Source of the DNA: Chthonomonadales bacterium
Lineage (GTDB): Bacteria; Armatimonadota; Chthonomonadetes; Chthonomonadales; CAJBBX01
Reading direction: 5' to 3'
Assembly (NCBI GenBank): GCA_037443035.1
Contig: JBBIPC010000007.1
Location: forward strand, 64,001-128,000
DNA: 64,000 bases
Part shown: positions 44,885 to 56,300 of the stretch, piece by piece
Layout of the letters: every line of letters begins with the position of its first letter
How positions within the stretch are numbered: position 1 is the stretch's first letter
The notes under the pieces: model-generated
Seen by the model: only the letters and a program-made list of their open reading frames with translations
Told to the model about the DNA's origin: nothing
The model's database searches: none
Made by a program: the position numbers and the translations under genes

Positions 44885-47800
44885 TCACGGATACGTCTGC
44901 GGATAGAACGAAGGACTCACCGTCATATAGTAAAGGTCTGTTGTACCCGACCGGGTGCTTGCCCAGAACACCCACACACGGTCAACGAATGGATCTTTCA
45001 CTGCCGTGACCTGCCCTTCGTTCACGGCCGCGTCGGTAGGCAACGAGGCTTCGCCCGTCGTCTGATCCCCGGGTGTTGCTGCAACCGTCAGCTCGTCGCC
45101 CCAGCTTACCCTGTAATCAGCCTCTACAGCGCCACCGCCGCTCAGCGCCTGCACAACATGGATCGTGGCGCCCTCGTCAATCTCCGTGAAATACAACCGG
45201 CCTCGCAGCCAATCGATCTCCACCGGTCCGCGGTTGCCGCTGACTTGGATGTTGGATCCGATGGTCCCGTCCGCGTTGCGCACGACGGGCCGCGGTAGGC
45301 GAACCATGAGCCGCATGGTCTTGAAGTAGAGACCGCCGGAACTGGCGACATTGCTGCCTGTCTTCCGGTAGATGAGCCACAGGCGGGAGACCGTCGTCGG
45401 CCGTACGCTCTGCGCCCCGGGTCGGACTGCGTCGGGCTGGGTGATCCTTCGCGGATTGTCCGAGAGATCCAGGAGCGCCACTGCGCCCGTGTTGGCGCCA
45501 GGCGCCTGAACTGCGGGCTGGGGCGCGAATCCAGCATCGGACTGCCAGCCCGCCGGAACGCTAATGACGCCTGTATCGGACCTCGTTACGTTCAGGCGAA
45601 TCGTCTGCGGCGTATACGACACCGTCACCGCGTCGTTGATCTTGGGAGCTACATCCGGGAACGTGATCGTACCCGACTGCGGATCCACCACCACGCGGCC
45701 TCCTAGCGTCGAGTTGAAGTAGAGCTTGCCAGTGGGCGCATCGAAGACCGGTGCGCCGACATTCACCCGCGTACCATTGACCCGAATGACAATCCACGGA
45801 CTGTTGCCAGTACCATCCACGAACGCTCCCGTGTTGGGATCCCGGTAGATCCACGCAACGTCCCGAGCGATCCAGGACTGGGACGCTCCGTACCGAGCTA
45901 CGAGCTCGTTCTCCACCCGCGGGAACGGAGTCACTGCTTGCTGCGCCTGGCCAACTGCCAGCCGCTGTAGCTCGTACCGTGTCATGAACGTTTCCGGCTG
46001 ACCCCGATCGGCAAAGGCAGCGGTATAGACCACGTCCACGTGGGTTATCGTGCTGGCTGCACGCTGATCCGGATGGAGACGACGCGGAACGGGAATGGGA
46101 TTCGAAAGCCCCTGCAGGCCACCCGGTGTGGGCAGCGCGATATCGGCCGACCATCCCGAGGCATTGCGCATACCGTCCGGATTCCGGTTGGGATCGTAGG
46201 CATTGACGTTGTAGTACAAGCGCGTCCTGCCCGAAGTGCCGCCGTACCAGAATACGAAGCCGGTACCGCCGACGACGAGCGGCCTTACTCCCTGTTTCTG
46301 AAGGGTCGGGTCGTTGGGGAAGGAATAGGGTATGCCACCAGGAGCCGAGCTCAGATCTGGCGCGTATACGCCGTTGCCGGACCTGGCAATGGGCACGTAG
46401 AACGTCCTGGCGTCCAACGAAGCGCCACCGGCACCACCAGCGGTCTTGTTCACGGCTCCTTGCCAGAACAGCCACAAGTCCGGACTCCGTCCGGTTGGAG
46501 ACTGGTCCAGAACGAGGGACGGCGCACCATGCACCACCATGGGTTGGCCAAGCTGGTTGACGGGTATCACGCCTGGTACGACCTGCGTCCGTGCACCAGC
46601 CACGACATCCGACGACTGAGATGGGAACAGAGCCTGGGTTGCACCCAATGGCGGGAACGGAGTTGCCAGGCCTGTGGGGCTCCACCATCGTGCTGGCGTG
46701 CCGACAGCTACCTCGAACCGCCAACCGAAGAGGAGCGGCGCAGAGCTGCCCCAGCCGCCAGCAGGGTCGAACGCCGACGCGGCCCCATTCAACTGTGCGT
46801 AGAAGATGCCCCATGGAACATCCTGCATGGTGGGGCCGGCAGCGAAGTTCTCCGGTCGGTTACTGGTCCACGCCAGCAAGATGGCCGTAGACGGCGCGTT
46901 CCCCGAGCCTGTGGTGTGGAAGACCACCGACGGCATGAGGTTCGCCCCGAAGGCTGCTCCCGAGGGGTTCTGAGCCGTCGGAGCTCTCAGGTCCACCTGC
47001 GGCAAGGTGCCGTCCTGCTGCATGTACGGCCCGGTGGGCCATGGCCGCACGGCCGGCGCATTCGTCAGACGCGCCTCCGTGACCTGGATCTTCAGTCGGA
47101 ACGGGTTCTGCACCATCGACTCGACAGGCGCACTGACTGAACTCTGGCGGTCATTGGGATCCACATACGACCGGAAGTCGGGCACACCGTTATCATCTAT
47201 TGCAGCAGCAAGCGGGTTGTCGGCGGCATTGTAGATGGACAGCCATGCCCGCCACTGAGCCGGGTAGTTATCCTCGAAGACATAGACAGGCGCCGAGTAG
47301 GTCCCAGCAGGGGTACCGAGCGGTGGCGCAATGCCGATTCTTGGTCGTACATCCACGCCGATGCGCCGGAGCTCTGGCAGCAACCCGAAGGGATCACCAT
47401 GGGCGACGTCCGGAATGGACAGCACGGTGGGCCCACTGTCGCCCGGCAACGGCTTGTGCAGTGTTGGCCGCACGTTGAGACCCACCCCCCAGCCAAGTGG
47501 GTTGCCGGGACGAACGTAGGGGTTCCCAGGCACGAGGTCGGGTCGCAGTTTGCTGAAACCCGGCACCATGCGAAGGTCGAAGGGCCAGAACAAGAACGGC
47601 TCGATGGGGAGACCCGCGCTGTTGTCATGGTCCAGCGACGAGATGATGCCATAGTTGCTGCCTGGCGTGAGATCCACGTTGAACGGCATGGGCAGGGACT
47701 TGCCCAGTAGCGGAGAGTTCAGTTGCCATGCCAGCGGCATGTCGAACGGATGCCCAGGCGCAGTACCGGTGACCAGCCTCCCCTGGCCGTCGTAGACCGG

Positions 47801-50800
47801 CAGGAAGGGGCTTACCTGGTCGCTCTGCAGGCGTGCCCATGAGCCAGGATAGGCCCATGCGTCCGGCGAATCACCGGCAAGCTTAGCCACCCGTAGGTTC
47901 ACCAGGTTAACGTTGCCGGTGTTCTTGATCGTAAAGGGCGCGAACATCCTCAAGCCGTAAGGGTCGTCGAACGGCGATGTCGAGCCCAGGTACAGGCCCA
48001 CACCGTTCGGCGAGAACGGCATTCCTGGCGCGTACCCGGCGGAATGTGGCACCTTGCCAAGGTCGATGGTCTCTTCCTCGGCGCGCAGACTCAGATCCGG
48101 CGGCACTGCCACGCCGGTGCTGAACTGCCGGAAGACTTCCTCTCGGGCCGTCTGTGTGACCTGGGCGGCCTGCGTCTGGATCGCCGTGCCCTGGTAGCGT
48201 CCATCCCCATTGCTGTCGATATACACGACGATGTCGCCGTAGTAACCCGCGCTCGGCGCCAGCGTGCCCGCCGGGGCTTCCGACGGGGTCTGCGGTGGCC
48301 TGCCAAGTTGGATCAGCATCGGCGCTGCCAGGCCAGGAACGGCGCCCGTGGGATTGTACGGGTTGTTGTTGATGTCGAAATAGGTCAAGTTGACATTGGC
48401 CGGTTGATACTTGGGCACGCTTACCGTCAGCTCCAGGGGTACGTACCTCAGCTCGCCGTTCAGCGACTTGTTCGGCAAGGTCGCAGGCTTGCCAGCAAGG
48501 TCCACCCCGCCCATGCGCACTCTTGCGGCCGTTCTGTCGATGTCGGGATAGTCCGGCGATGTGTTGGGCAGATTGGCGGGGAAGACCTCCCACGGCAACG
48601 GGTTCATGACATTGCCGGTCGCGCGAATGAAGGGATCGCTGGCGTTCGGATCCCAGCCCCACCGCAGACCCCGCCGTTCCACGCGAACATTGTTCAAGCG
48701 CTGATTCAGCTTGTAGAGGTTGGAGCGGTCTGCGATGAACAGAGCATCATGCCTACGGCCCTGACTGTCTGCGCCCAGGTACGTTGCCGAACTGCCATGC
48801 GTGATGAATCCCAGCGGCGCCACAACGCTCTTCAGCGGAGGCTGCCCCGCAGGCGGATTGTAGCGGTTGTTGCCGTTCGCCAGGACTTCCTGTGCAGCGA
48901 CCGCATTGGGTACAGCCGACACCCAGCCGATAATGTTGAGAGCGCTGGGGCCGATCTGCGCACCGGTTGGCACCGCCCTGGTTGTCAGAGCCAGCGGATG
49001 AGCGATGGAGATCTCTTTGCGCGTCGTTACCTTCAGTGTCGTCGCGAGCGAACCATCCAGTCCGTAGGGATCGCTGGTGTTCTTGTCAATAGTGGCCTGC
49101 CCTGCGGCGAGTTGCAGCGACGACACCTGGACACCCGTCTCCGTCGCCAACTGTGCCTGGGCCAGAATCGTGTAGCGGCGCCCTGGCGTCTGGGCATCGG
49201 CCTGGGAACCGCGTCCAAGCGGTATGGCAACCTTGGCCACCCAAGCGTAGAACTGGGATCCGGCCGGATAAGGCGGGCTTGGCGGCACAGGTGGAGTTGG
49301 CGCTGCGTAGTCGCGCACGGCGCCAACTGTCAGCGGCGGCCGTGTCTGACCTGCGCCGAACAGACGGAACGTCACCGTCGGTAGGGGCGGATTCGCTGAT
49401 GTGCTAACGACGACACCCCACGCGGCGGCGTAGATGGTATCACCCCACTCGTACACGATGAGCTTGTCGGGACTTGTCAGCGTGTACTGGCGCTCATGTC
49501 CCGAGTTCCATTCCGTGAGCGGCGAGAGCTTGTCCGCATTATCCTCGGGCAAGCCGAAGAAGTCGTAAGCGAGCGGAACGCCTTTGGGCGGCGTGTCGCC
49601 CTTGCCGTACCAAAGCTCGACAAGCTTCATCGTCATGCTCGTCTCGTCCGGCTCGTCACTGTAGTACGGCTCGTCGGGCGTAACCATGCCCAGCCCGGCT
49701 CCGTCGGCGGCGGTCTTTGCGCGCCAGTAGGCACGCATTTGTCCGTTCACCTCGCCCGTATCCCTGTTGCCTTCGTCAGCACAGAACATCCACGAGTTCG
49801 GCGTAACCGCGTCGGCTCCGCGCTGTCCGACGGCTGTGGGGTAGATCACCGGGTCCGTGAGAGGGCCGTTGGCGCCCATGGCAGTAAGAGGCACCCGGCC
49901 GATCATGGCATCGGTGTAGCTCCACATGAGATCGCCTGCCGTGAGCCGCCCTTGGCCAAGCGCCGAGAGTCCGATGATGGCGCCAGTATCCAACGGCAGC
50001 AAGATCGCCGGGAACTTGTCGCCGGTGAACGTGTCCTGATACCAGGGCTGCGGCAGGAGATGATCCAGATAGACCGCAGACGCCCGCGTCGAGCCGCGTG
50101 ACCAGCTCTCCCACAGGAGTCCTCCCGACGTCGGATTGCCGGTGCGCGACGCATCCAAAGCGAACACACGACCGTCTCGGTTGGCTACGAAGACGACCTC
50201 CTTGCCTCCATTCAGCTCCACCCCGGCTCCGTTGTTCACCTGAGGAACCCAGACTGGAGCCGTGAAGGCCGTCTGCTCCGCCGCAACATCGCCCGACTTG
50301 GCAGGGTTGGCAGGCGAGTTGGCGTACGGATAGGTCCACTCCGGCTGCAGGAACCCGCCGGCGTCCTTGGGCTGTCCGCTGGCGTTCGCGGGAGCCTTGA
50401 TGCAGTACACACGGCCGCCAGCCGAGAAGACGTACTTGCCACTATCCGTGAGTGCACCAGGAAGGACGATGGGATCCAGCCGCGTTGTGGCCTCGGGCCA
50501 TTGCCAGATTGCCTTGCCGTCGTTGGCGGGGTTGGAGATGCGTACTCTCGGATCCAGCGTCTGCAGGTCCACACAGTAGACGTGACCATCACCGGCACCG
50601 ACAATAACGCGATCCGTCCGGAACTGAGCATCCAGCTTCGGTGCACTGGGCGAAGCCGCGAAGCTTGTTTTCGCTGGATCGTCCGTGTAACCACCGAAGC
50701 TCCCGTCGGGCAGCAGCGTACCGCCCTTGTCGAGCCACTTATCTCGTGCCAGGGTCGGCCATGTCATCAGCCGGCGTGTGGTGCCTGGGATACCTGGCGT

Positions 50801-53242
50801 ATCGGGCTGCCCAGGGGTACCCGGGCCCGTCGCGATGGTTGCGGGGAAGGGCTCTCCAGCCGCGTTCGTTCGGCCCGCTGGATCGAACGCATAGATGCGT
50901 CCGTTCTGATTCCCGATAACGATCATGGGAATCCGGACGACGTTGGGTGGGGTCCCCTTCTCCACCTCCACATATAGAGGCGACGACAGGAAGCTGCCAA
51001 GCTCGGGCACCTTGTTGATGACGGCATACGGACCGTCCGCGTGACCCGTGCTGCGATCCGGCTTCAGATCGCCATCGATCCCTTGCGACGTTCTGTTGTT
51101 CTGAGGATCCGCGAAGTAGTTGGGGTCATCCTGCGGAAAGTCGAAAACGCCGTTGCCATTCAGGTCATCGTCCGGGTTCGGGTTGCTGATGGACGGATAG
51201 ACCCAGTACGCCGTCGTTAGCGTGCTTCGCGGAGCACTGCCGATGGGGTCCACACCGACGGCGTCCAGCGCCCAGAGATGACCGTCCGTGGTGGCAAAGT
51301 AGACCACATCGCGGACGGTCCCGGATGGCCAGCGCACTCGCGCCAGGAGCGGCGAAGCTACAACACTGTTGGCCGACTGGGACTCCGGCACGAAACGCAC
51401 GGCGTCGGCCACCAGCACGCGGCTGGCATCCTCGGCCATGTCTCTCGACGATTCATTGGTCAGCACTACTTCGCAGTGCTGAGTCGTGCCGTCGTTGCTC
51501 AGCTTGAAGCGTATGCCCGTAGCCAGCAGCCGCCACATGCCCGTTACCGGACTGCCCGAGGCGGTGTTCCGCTGATCCAGGCGCACCTCCACGGAACCGT
51601 CCTCCGTAGGAAGGCGGTACGTGGCGTACCTGGCGAAGTTCGTCGTTCCCGAACCTGCCGGAATATACACGTAGACCGAGAACGTCTGCGGCGTTGGCCC
51701 CTTCACAGGCACATCGGCGGCCCAATGCGCCTCCAGGGTGTTCGTCGCGGAGACAGGAGTCCAGCGGTACTGAGTTCCATAGGGCTGGTGGTTCGCATCC
51801 GTCTCGATGGTCCAGGACGGAGGCGACGGCACAGGCGATGTCACCGTGAAACCGCTTCCGGGGGCGTCAATGTCGTCAATCGTCACGGGCACGATGGGCA
51901 CAGATCGAGTCGGGTAGCGCCAGCGCAATCGCCCATAGGTTCCATTGGCAGGTGCGACCGGATCCACGCGGTCCTCTAAGCAATAGAAAACGGCGGAACG
52001 GATGCTCGTGGTCACGTCGGCCACTACGGGATTCGTGGACGCATTCCCCGTTGTGGCCGGTTTCGTGGGATCCAGCGGGATACCCACAAAGCCGATGGGA
52101 TTGGTGTAGTGTGCGGCAGTCGGGAACAAGATCTGAGGGCCCGTCGTCTCGTCGCGCCCGAAGAACGTGAGTTGCGTATAAGGCTGAGAGGTATCTGCCC
52201 CAGGCGGGAATGCGGCGCTGATGGCCGGCGCGTGGACATCGCCACGCATGGACTCCGGCACGAGCCGGACTGCGTCCGCCGTCACCAAAGGCTTGTAGGG
52301 ATACGCGTCGCTATCATCCACATTGTCCGGTACGTCTGCGTACAACGTTACGCGAATAGGGTTCGTGCCGTCATATGGGAAGTACCGATCATCGCCTGCT
52401 CCCGAGCGTACGCGAAGCCAAAACCCTCCGGTCTGGCCGAAATCCAGCATGAAGATGCGGCTCGTTACGGGATCGTTCACGTCAGCGCCCCAGCTCACAC
52501 GCACGAAGACATGATCCGCGTTGGGATGAGCCCGAGGTGCTCCATCGTGATCGATGAGCGTGCCGCTGGCGGGGAACCGAATGTACACCGCGTACCGAAC
52601 CCCTGGAGCGAGCGGTGTGGCGTTGGCTGCGTCGGGTGATACATTGACGGTGCCCTGGTAGGTATTCACCGGATACTTCGTGCCGAACGACCAGCGTGCA
52701 TAGTGACTGCTATTCCGCAGCTCCTTCTCTACGATGCCGTAGAGTGTCGTCGTCTGGGTGGGGTTGTCGGGGTCCGGTATTGGCGCGTAATCCAGGTTCG
52801 GCAATCCCTTCAGAACATCCGTACCGATGGCCTGCAGACGTGCGTTCGCGATGGCTTCCAAGTAGACGTAGTCACCGATCTTGTCGCGGTCGGCGTCGGA
52901 CGGCGGCCAGGCTCCGGATGCCCGGGAGGCTGCCGCAGGCCACACCCACGATCCGCTCGTCTCGAAGCCCTGACCGGTAGCGTTGGGAGCGGGTGGCGGC
53001 AGCTTGCTGTTATCCACGACGATCTCGGCGGGCATGTCCCGAGAGGGCGGCCATACCCAGACCGGTCCCAGGCTCCTATTCAGAGTATGATCGAGACCTG
53101 GATCCGCGTTGTGTCCTTGCCGTGTCGTTGTGCCGCGGTGCTGGAGCCAGTCCTTGTCCGTGAACTGCGCTCCAGCGCTGGCAGCCAAGCACGCAGCGGC
53201 CATGGCCGCAACGAGGTGCAGCGCCGAGTATCTTCTGAGCAT
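44885..53242 (-). CDS. Giant secreted multidomain protein (about 2785 aa): PQQ-like beta-propeller repeats, two golvesin/Xly-CBD-like modules; candidate PilY1-like tip adhesin
   Basis: Signal peptide ending AGA-Q; DWLQHRG...RQG (PQQ-repeat-like start); YFATTDGHLWALDA, IGNQNGRIYAFD, VGAGDGHVYCVD, VANRDGRVFALDA; two ADAVR(L/F)VP modules; DxNxNG motifs. Confidence 0.75.
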   Translation of the reverse strand: MLRRYSALHLVAAMAAACLAASAGAQFTDKDWLQHRGTTTRQGHNADPGLDHTLNRSLGPVWVWPPSRDMPAEIVVDNSKLPPPAPNATGQGFETSGSWVWPAAASRASGAWPPSDADRDKIGDYVYLEAIANARLQAIGTDVLKGLPNLDYAPIPDPDNPTQTTTLYGIVEKELRNSSHYARWSFGTKYPVNTYQGTVNVSPDAANATPLAPGVRYAVYIRFPASGTLIDHDGAPRAHPNADHVFVRVSWGADVNDPVTSRIFMLDFGQTGGFWLRVRSGAGDDRYFPYDGTNPIRVTLYADVPDNVDDSDAYPYKPLVTADAVRLVPESMRGDVHAPAISAAFPPGADTSQPYTQLTFFGRDETTGPQILFPTAAHYTNPIGFVGIPLDPTKPATTGNASTNPVVADVTTSIRSAVFYCLEDRVDPVAPANGTYGRLRWRYPTRSVPIVPVTIDDIDAPGSGFTVTSPVPSPPSWTIETDANHQPYGTQYRWTPVSATNTLEAHWAADVPVKGPTPQTFSVYVYIPAGSGTTNFARYATYRLPTEDGSVEVRLDQRNTASGSPVTGMWRLLATGIRFKLSNDGTTQHCEVVLTNESSRDMAEDASRVLVADAVRFVPESQSANSVVASPLLARVRWPSGTVRDVVYFATTDGHLWALDAVGVDPIGSAPRSTLTTAYWVYPSISNPNPDDDLNGNGVFDFPQDDPNYFADPQNNRTSQGIDGDLKPDRSTGHADGPYAVINKVPELGSFLSSPLYVEVEKGTPPNVVRIPMIVIGNQNGRIYAFDPAGRTNAAGEPFPATIATGPGTPGQPDTPGIPGTTRRLMTWPTLARDKWLDKGGTLLPDGSFGGYTDDPAKTSFAASPSAPKLDAQFRTDRVIVGAGDGHVYCVDLQTLDPRVRISNPANDGKAIWQWPEATTRLDPIVLPGALTDSGKYVFSAGGRVYCIKAPANASGQPKDAGGFLQPEWTYPYANSPANPAKSGDVAAEQTAFTAPVWVPQVNNGAGVELNGGKEVVFVANRDGRVFALDASRTGNPTSGGLLWESWSRGSTRASAVYLDHLLPQPWYQDTFTGDKFPAILLPLDTGAIIGLSALGQGRLTAGDLMWSYTDAMIGRVPLTAMGANGPLTDPVIYPTAVGQRGADAVTPNSWMFCADEGNRDTGEVNGQMRAYWRAKTAADGAGLGMVTPDEPYYSDEPDETSMTMKLVELWYGKGDTPPKGVPLAYDFFGLPEDNADKLSPLTEWNSGHERQYTLTSPDKLIVYEWGDTIYAAAWGVVVSTSANPPLPTVTFRLFGAGQTRPPLTVGAVRDYAAPTPPVPPSPPYPAGSQFYAWVAKVAIPLGRGSQADAQTPGRRYTILAQAQLATETGVQVSSLQLAAGQATIDKNTSDPYGLDGSLATTLKVTTRKEISIAHPLALTTRAVPTGAQIGPSALNIIGWVSAVPNAVAAQEVLANGNNRYNPPAGQPPLKSVVAPLGFITHGSSATYLGADSQGRRHDALFIADRSNLYKLNQRLNNVRVERRGLRWGWDPNASDPFIRATGNVMNPLPWEVFPANLPNTSPDYPDIDRTAARVRMGGVDLAGKPATLPNKSLNGELRYVPLELTVSVPKYQPANVNLTYFDINNNPYNPTGAVPGLAAPMLIQLGRPPQTPSEAPAGTLAPSAGYYGDIVVYIDSNGDGRYQGTAIQTQAAQVTQTAREEVFRQFSTGVAVPPDLSLRAEEETIDLGKVPHSAGYAPGMPFSPNGVGLYLGSTSPFDDPYGLRMFAPFTIKNTGNVNLVNLRVAKLAGDSPDAWAYPGSWARLQSDQVSPFLPVYDGQGRLVTGTAPGHPFDMPLAWQLNSPLLGKSLPMPFNVDLTPGSNYGIISSLDHDNSAGLPIEPFLFWPFDLRMVPGFSKLRPDLVPGNPYVRPGNPLGWGVGLNVRPTLHKPLPGDSGPTVLSIPDVAHGDPFGLLPELRRIGVDVRPRIGIAPPLGTPAGTYSAPVYVFEDNYPAQWRAWLSIYNAADNPLAAAIDDNGVPDFRSYVDPNDRQSSVSAPVESMVQNPFRLKIQVTEARLTNAPAVRPWPTGPYMQQDGTLPQVDLRAPTAQNPSGAAFGANLMPSVVFHTTGSGNAPSTAILLAWTSNRPENFAAGPTMQDVPWGIFYAQLNGAASAFDPAGGWGSSAPLLFGWRFEVAVGTPARWWSPTGLATPFPPLGATQALFPSQSSDVVAGARTQVVPGVIPVNQLGQPMVVHGAPSLVLDQSPTGRSPDLWLFWQGAVNKTAGGAGGASLDARTFYVPIARSGNGVYAPDLSSAPGGIPYSFPNDPTLQKQGVRPLVVGGTGFVFWYGGTSGRTRLYYNVNAYDPNRNPDGMRNASGWSADIALPTPGGLQGLSNPIPVPRRLHPDQRAASTITHVDVVYTAAFADRGQPETFMTRYELQRLAVGQAQQAVTPFPRVENELVARYGASQSWIARDVAWIYRDPNTGAFVDGTGNSPWIVIRVNGTRVNVGAPVFDAPTGKLYFNSTLGGRVVVDPQSGTITFPDVAPKINDAVTVSYTPQTIRLNVTRSDTGVISVPAGWQSDAGFAPQPAVQAPGANTGAVALLDLSDNPRRITQPDAVRPGAQSVRPTTVSRLWLIYRKTGSNVASSGGLYFKTMRLMVRLPRPVVRNADGTIGSNIQVSGNRGPVEIDWLRGRLYFTEIDEGATIHVVQALSGGGAVEADYRVSWGDELTVAATPGDQTTGEASLPTDAAVNEGQVTAVKDPFVDRVWVFWASTRSGTTDLYYMTVSPSFYPQTYP

Positions 53243-53387
53243 GAAGCTTTCACCTGATTTCATGTGCCACGACCTCACCGAACCACCTGCCGATCCCTTT
53301 CACCGCCTTGCGCCACGGCTTCCAGCGTATCCGTGTCGCCCGCTTCGCCGACCGAGGTATCGCTTGGTCCTCTGCCAGCCGCGCCAA

Positions 53388-56300
53388 TCAGTACGGCCTA
53401 TCCGCGAACGCCGGCTGCTCCAGGATGGACGTCCACGTACCGCGGTCCTTGTCACCCACGGTGCGCCGAATGCCACCAGGCGGATCGCCACCGAACGTCG
53501 TATTCGTGTCGCCGGGCCTGTGGATGACCGCGTAAGGAGGCCTTGGAACCGACTCGCTGGGCACCCTACGAATGATGCTTGCCTGCGGCACTTGCTGGGT
53601 CACACCGTTGATGATGTATGTGCCTCCATCGTTCGGCCACAGGAAGTTGCCTAGCGGACTGCTGATGACACCGTAGTCCGGCACGTAGCCATGCCCGGAT
53701 CCGAAGTGGAAGGTGGATGGCTTGACCACGAATACTTCCCCATGGAACGCGCTGCTGCTGATGACGTTCACGGTGGTGCCGAAGACGCCCGGATAGTCTT
53801 CGCCGCTGAACCGATTGGCGATAAGATACTGCCGAAGCGTGGGGAACGTCGGGTTCTCCGCCGATGCTGTCAGCCTCACCACGCAGGACGCCTGGAGCCT
53901 CTTGCCTGTCATGGCGAAGTAGTCCTCCGCTGTGAGCAGCCATTCCACATCGAACACCGGCTCGATGTAAGGCGGGCTGTTGTCCGGGTGGTCCACAAAG
54001 TTGAGCCTCACCTGGTACACGCCATTGGCATCAGCGAGAAGGAACTTCGTGACGAGGTTGCCGCCCTCCATCTCCTTGAACGAGGAGAGCCATGTGGGGT
54101 TCAGGATGGGCTGGATGCGCACCGAGGGCGTCCCGCCGCTGTCCACCGGTATTCGCAGATTCGTCACCACGGCCAGGGGATCGCCCGTCTCCTTCAGAAT
54201 GGCCACCGAGCCACCGCCCGATTCGAGGGCTTCGCCGCTTCCCACAGTCGCCGTCAGCGGCACGTTCCGGTCCACCATGCGCGCATTGGACACCGTAGCC
54301 ACGGTCAGGTACCGCAGGTCGAGAGGCATGGCGTTGGGATCGTATGGATTCTCGCGCCAGTAGCTCGGCAACGCGGGCAGTTCGGAGTTCCGCATGACGA
54401 TGCGCTGCACAGCGCGGTATCGGTACCGCTTCCCCTGTCGCGCCAGAGTGCTGCTGACGTAATTGAGCTGGCGCACCATGAGGGGTTCACCACTCGCCTT
54501 GACGACGTCTATGATCTCGACCACACGATAGTTGCCCGAGTCCGCGATTAGATAGTGCATGACGTACCCAGGACCGGTATAGCTATAGGGACCACCCTGA
54601 ATGGCCAGGTTAGGCTGGAACTCCACCCAGTACGAACAGTCGGTCGGCTCGTTCAACACCATCGGGTCGCCAGGCCGCAGCAGTCCTTTGTAATCGTCCT
54701 GGAACCTGCTGACCTCCCAGCGAGCATAACCACCTCGGTCAATGGCCACGACACGATTGTTGCCCGTATCCACCACAAGGATGTCGTTGTTGCCGATACG
54801 CCTGGCGACGGACGGCCGTCGGAAGGGCACGCGCTGGCCAGCCGGTATCCCTGTGCCGATGATGGGGTTCGTCGGATCTGTGTAGTCGGTGAGCGGCCCA
54901 TTGGCTATGTCGAACGTACGCGTACCGTCGCAGGCCCAGACCGCCTCGCCCGCCGCATTCACCTCCAGGAGCCTTCCGGAGTCCGCGATGAGCGTAACCG
55001 TATCCTCCATGGCGAAGACGCCTGCACCGGTGGCCATCGCCATCACGCCGCCCGACACCGCGGGCGCTGCGATGGCAGGTTGCGCCGGCACGACGTCGCC
55101 CCGTACAGCTAACGGAGCCGTCACCCATCGGTACGGGACTTCACTACCGGTCGCCTGGAACTCCGGATTGCTCGCGGCAGGATCGGCATCCACAGACACA
55201 ACAGACCCATCCGCAAGCCCGACCCAGACGATATCTCCCAACACCGTCGGCGATGAAGCTGCCGGAGCGGGCAGAACGCTGAACCACAGTAGGTTATCCA
55301 CGTTGTCCGGTCCGCCGCGTCGCCAGCCATCACTATCGGCCCGCGTGGGGATGCTGACGACCTCTGGTCCGTTGCCTACCTGGACGACAAACGGCACGGA
55401 TGCACTGATATAGGCAGCCGCAATGGCTCCAGGAGGCGCCATGGCCGTTATGTGGATCGTGCCACTCTCGTAGTCCACGGTATACTGGCCCGCTGCCAGT
55501 TCGATCCACGGTTCCTGCTGCCCGCCACGGTCCACGAAAAGGTTCGGTTGCCGAACGCGCACTCGGGTACCCGGATCGATGCGCGTATTGAGCCTGAGAA
55601 CGAACTCCGGATCCGCCTTGAACGCACATAGCACCGATACCGGTTGGCCACCCTGTGCGACGCCAGATGCGACGGCGTAGACCGTCTCACCGTGTACCGC
55701 AGGAGTACCGAAGAATCGCATGTGGGTGAGAAACACACCGTTCGACCGGCGCATGCGTGCCGGGATGCTGACCCGGTTTCCGTTCACGGTCATGTCGAAA
55801 GCGTCGTAGAGCGAGTACGTCCAGCGTACACGGCTCTGGTTGGAACCCTGTTCGTGAACCGCGATCAGGGCGCTGCGTCCCGGGTACGTATCTGAATCGT
55901 TGGATGCGCGACCCGTGAAGTAGAGCAGATCGTTCCTGGCCAGGGCCGGTGCGCCACCGATACTGTTGTTGCTGTCTGTGGGATCCGGCGCCACGAAGAC
56001 CGAGCGTGCGTTCACCTTCGGGTACGTGCTGCCCACTGGCGGTGCCCAGTCGTAGGTGTAATCCGCCAATATCGTAACAGCCTCGTCAACCGGAGACACC
56101 GAGCGTAGTCCCACACGCGTTCCGTCGGGCAGCTCGATGTTCGTGAACTCGACCACCGGCCCGGTTTTGACGCGAGCCTCACCCATGTCGAACAGTTCAT
56201 GCCATTGGTTGTTGCCCGGGTTGCCCGAAGTTGTGTACTCCAACTCGCGGAACCCGTAGGCGCCATCGGCGGCGCTCCTGTAGACGGCCACCACGCGCGG

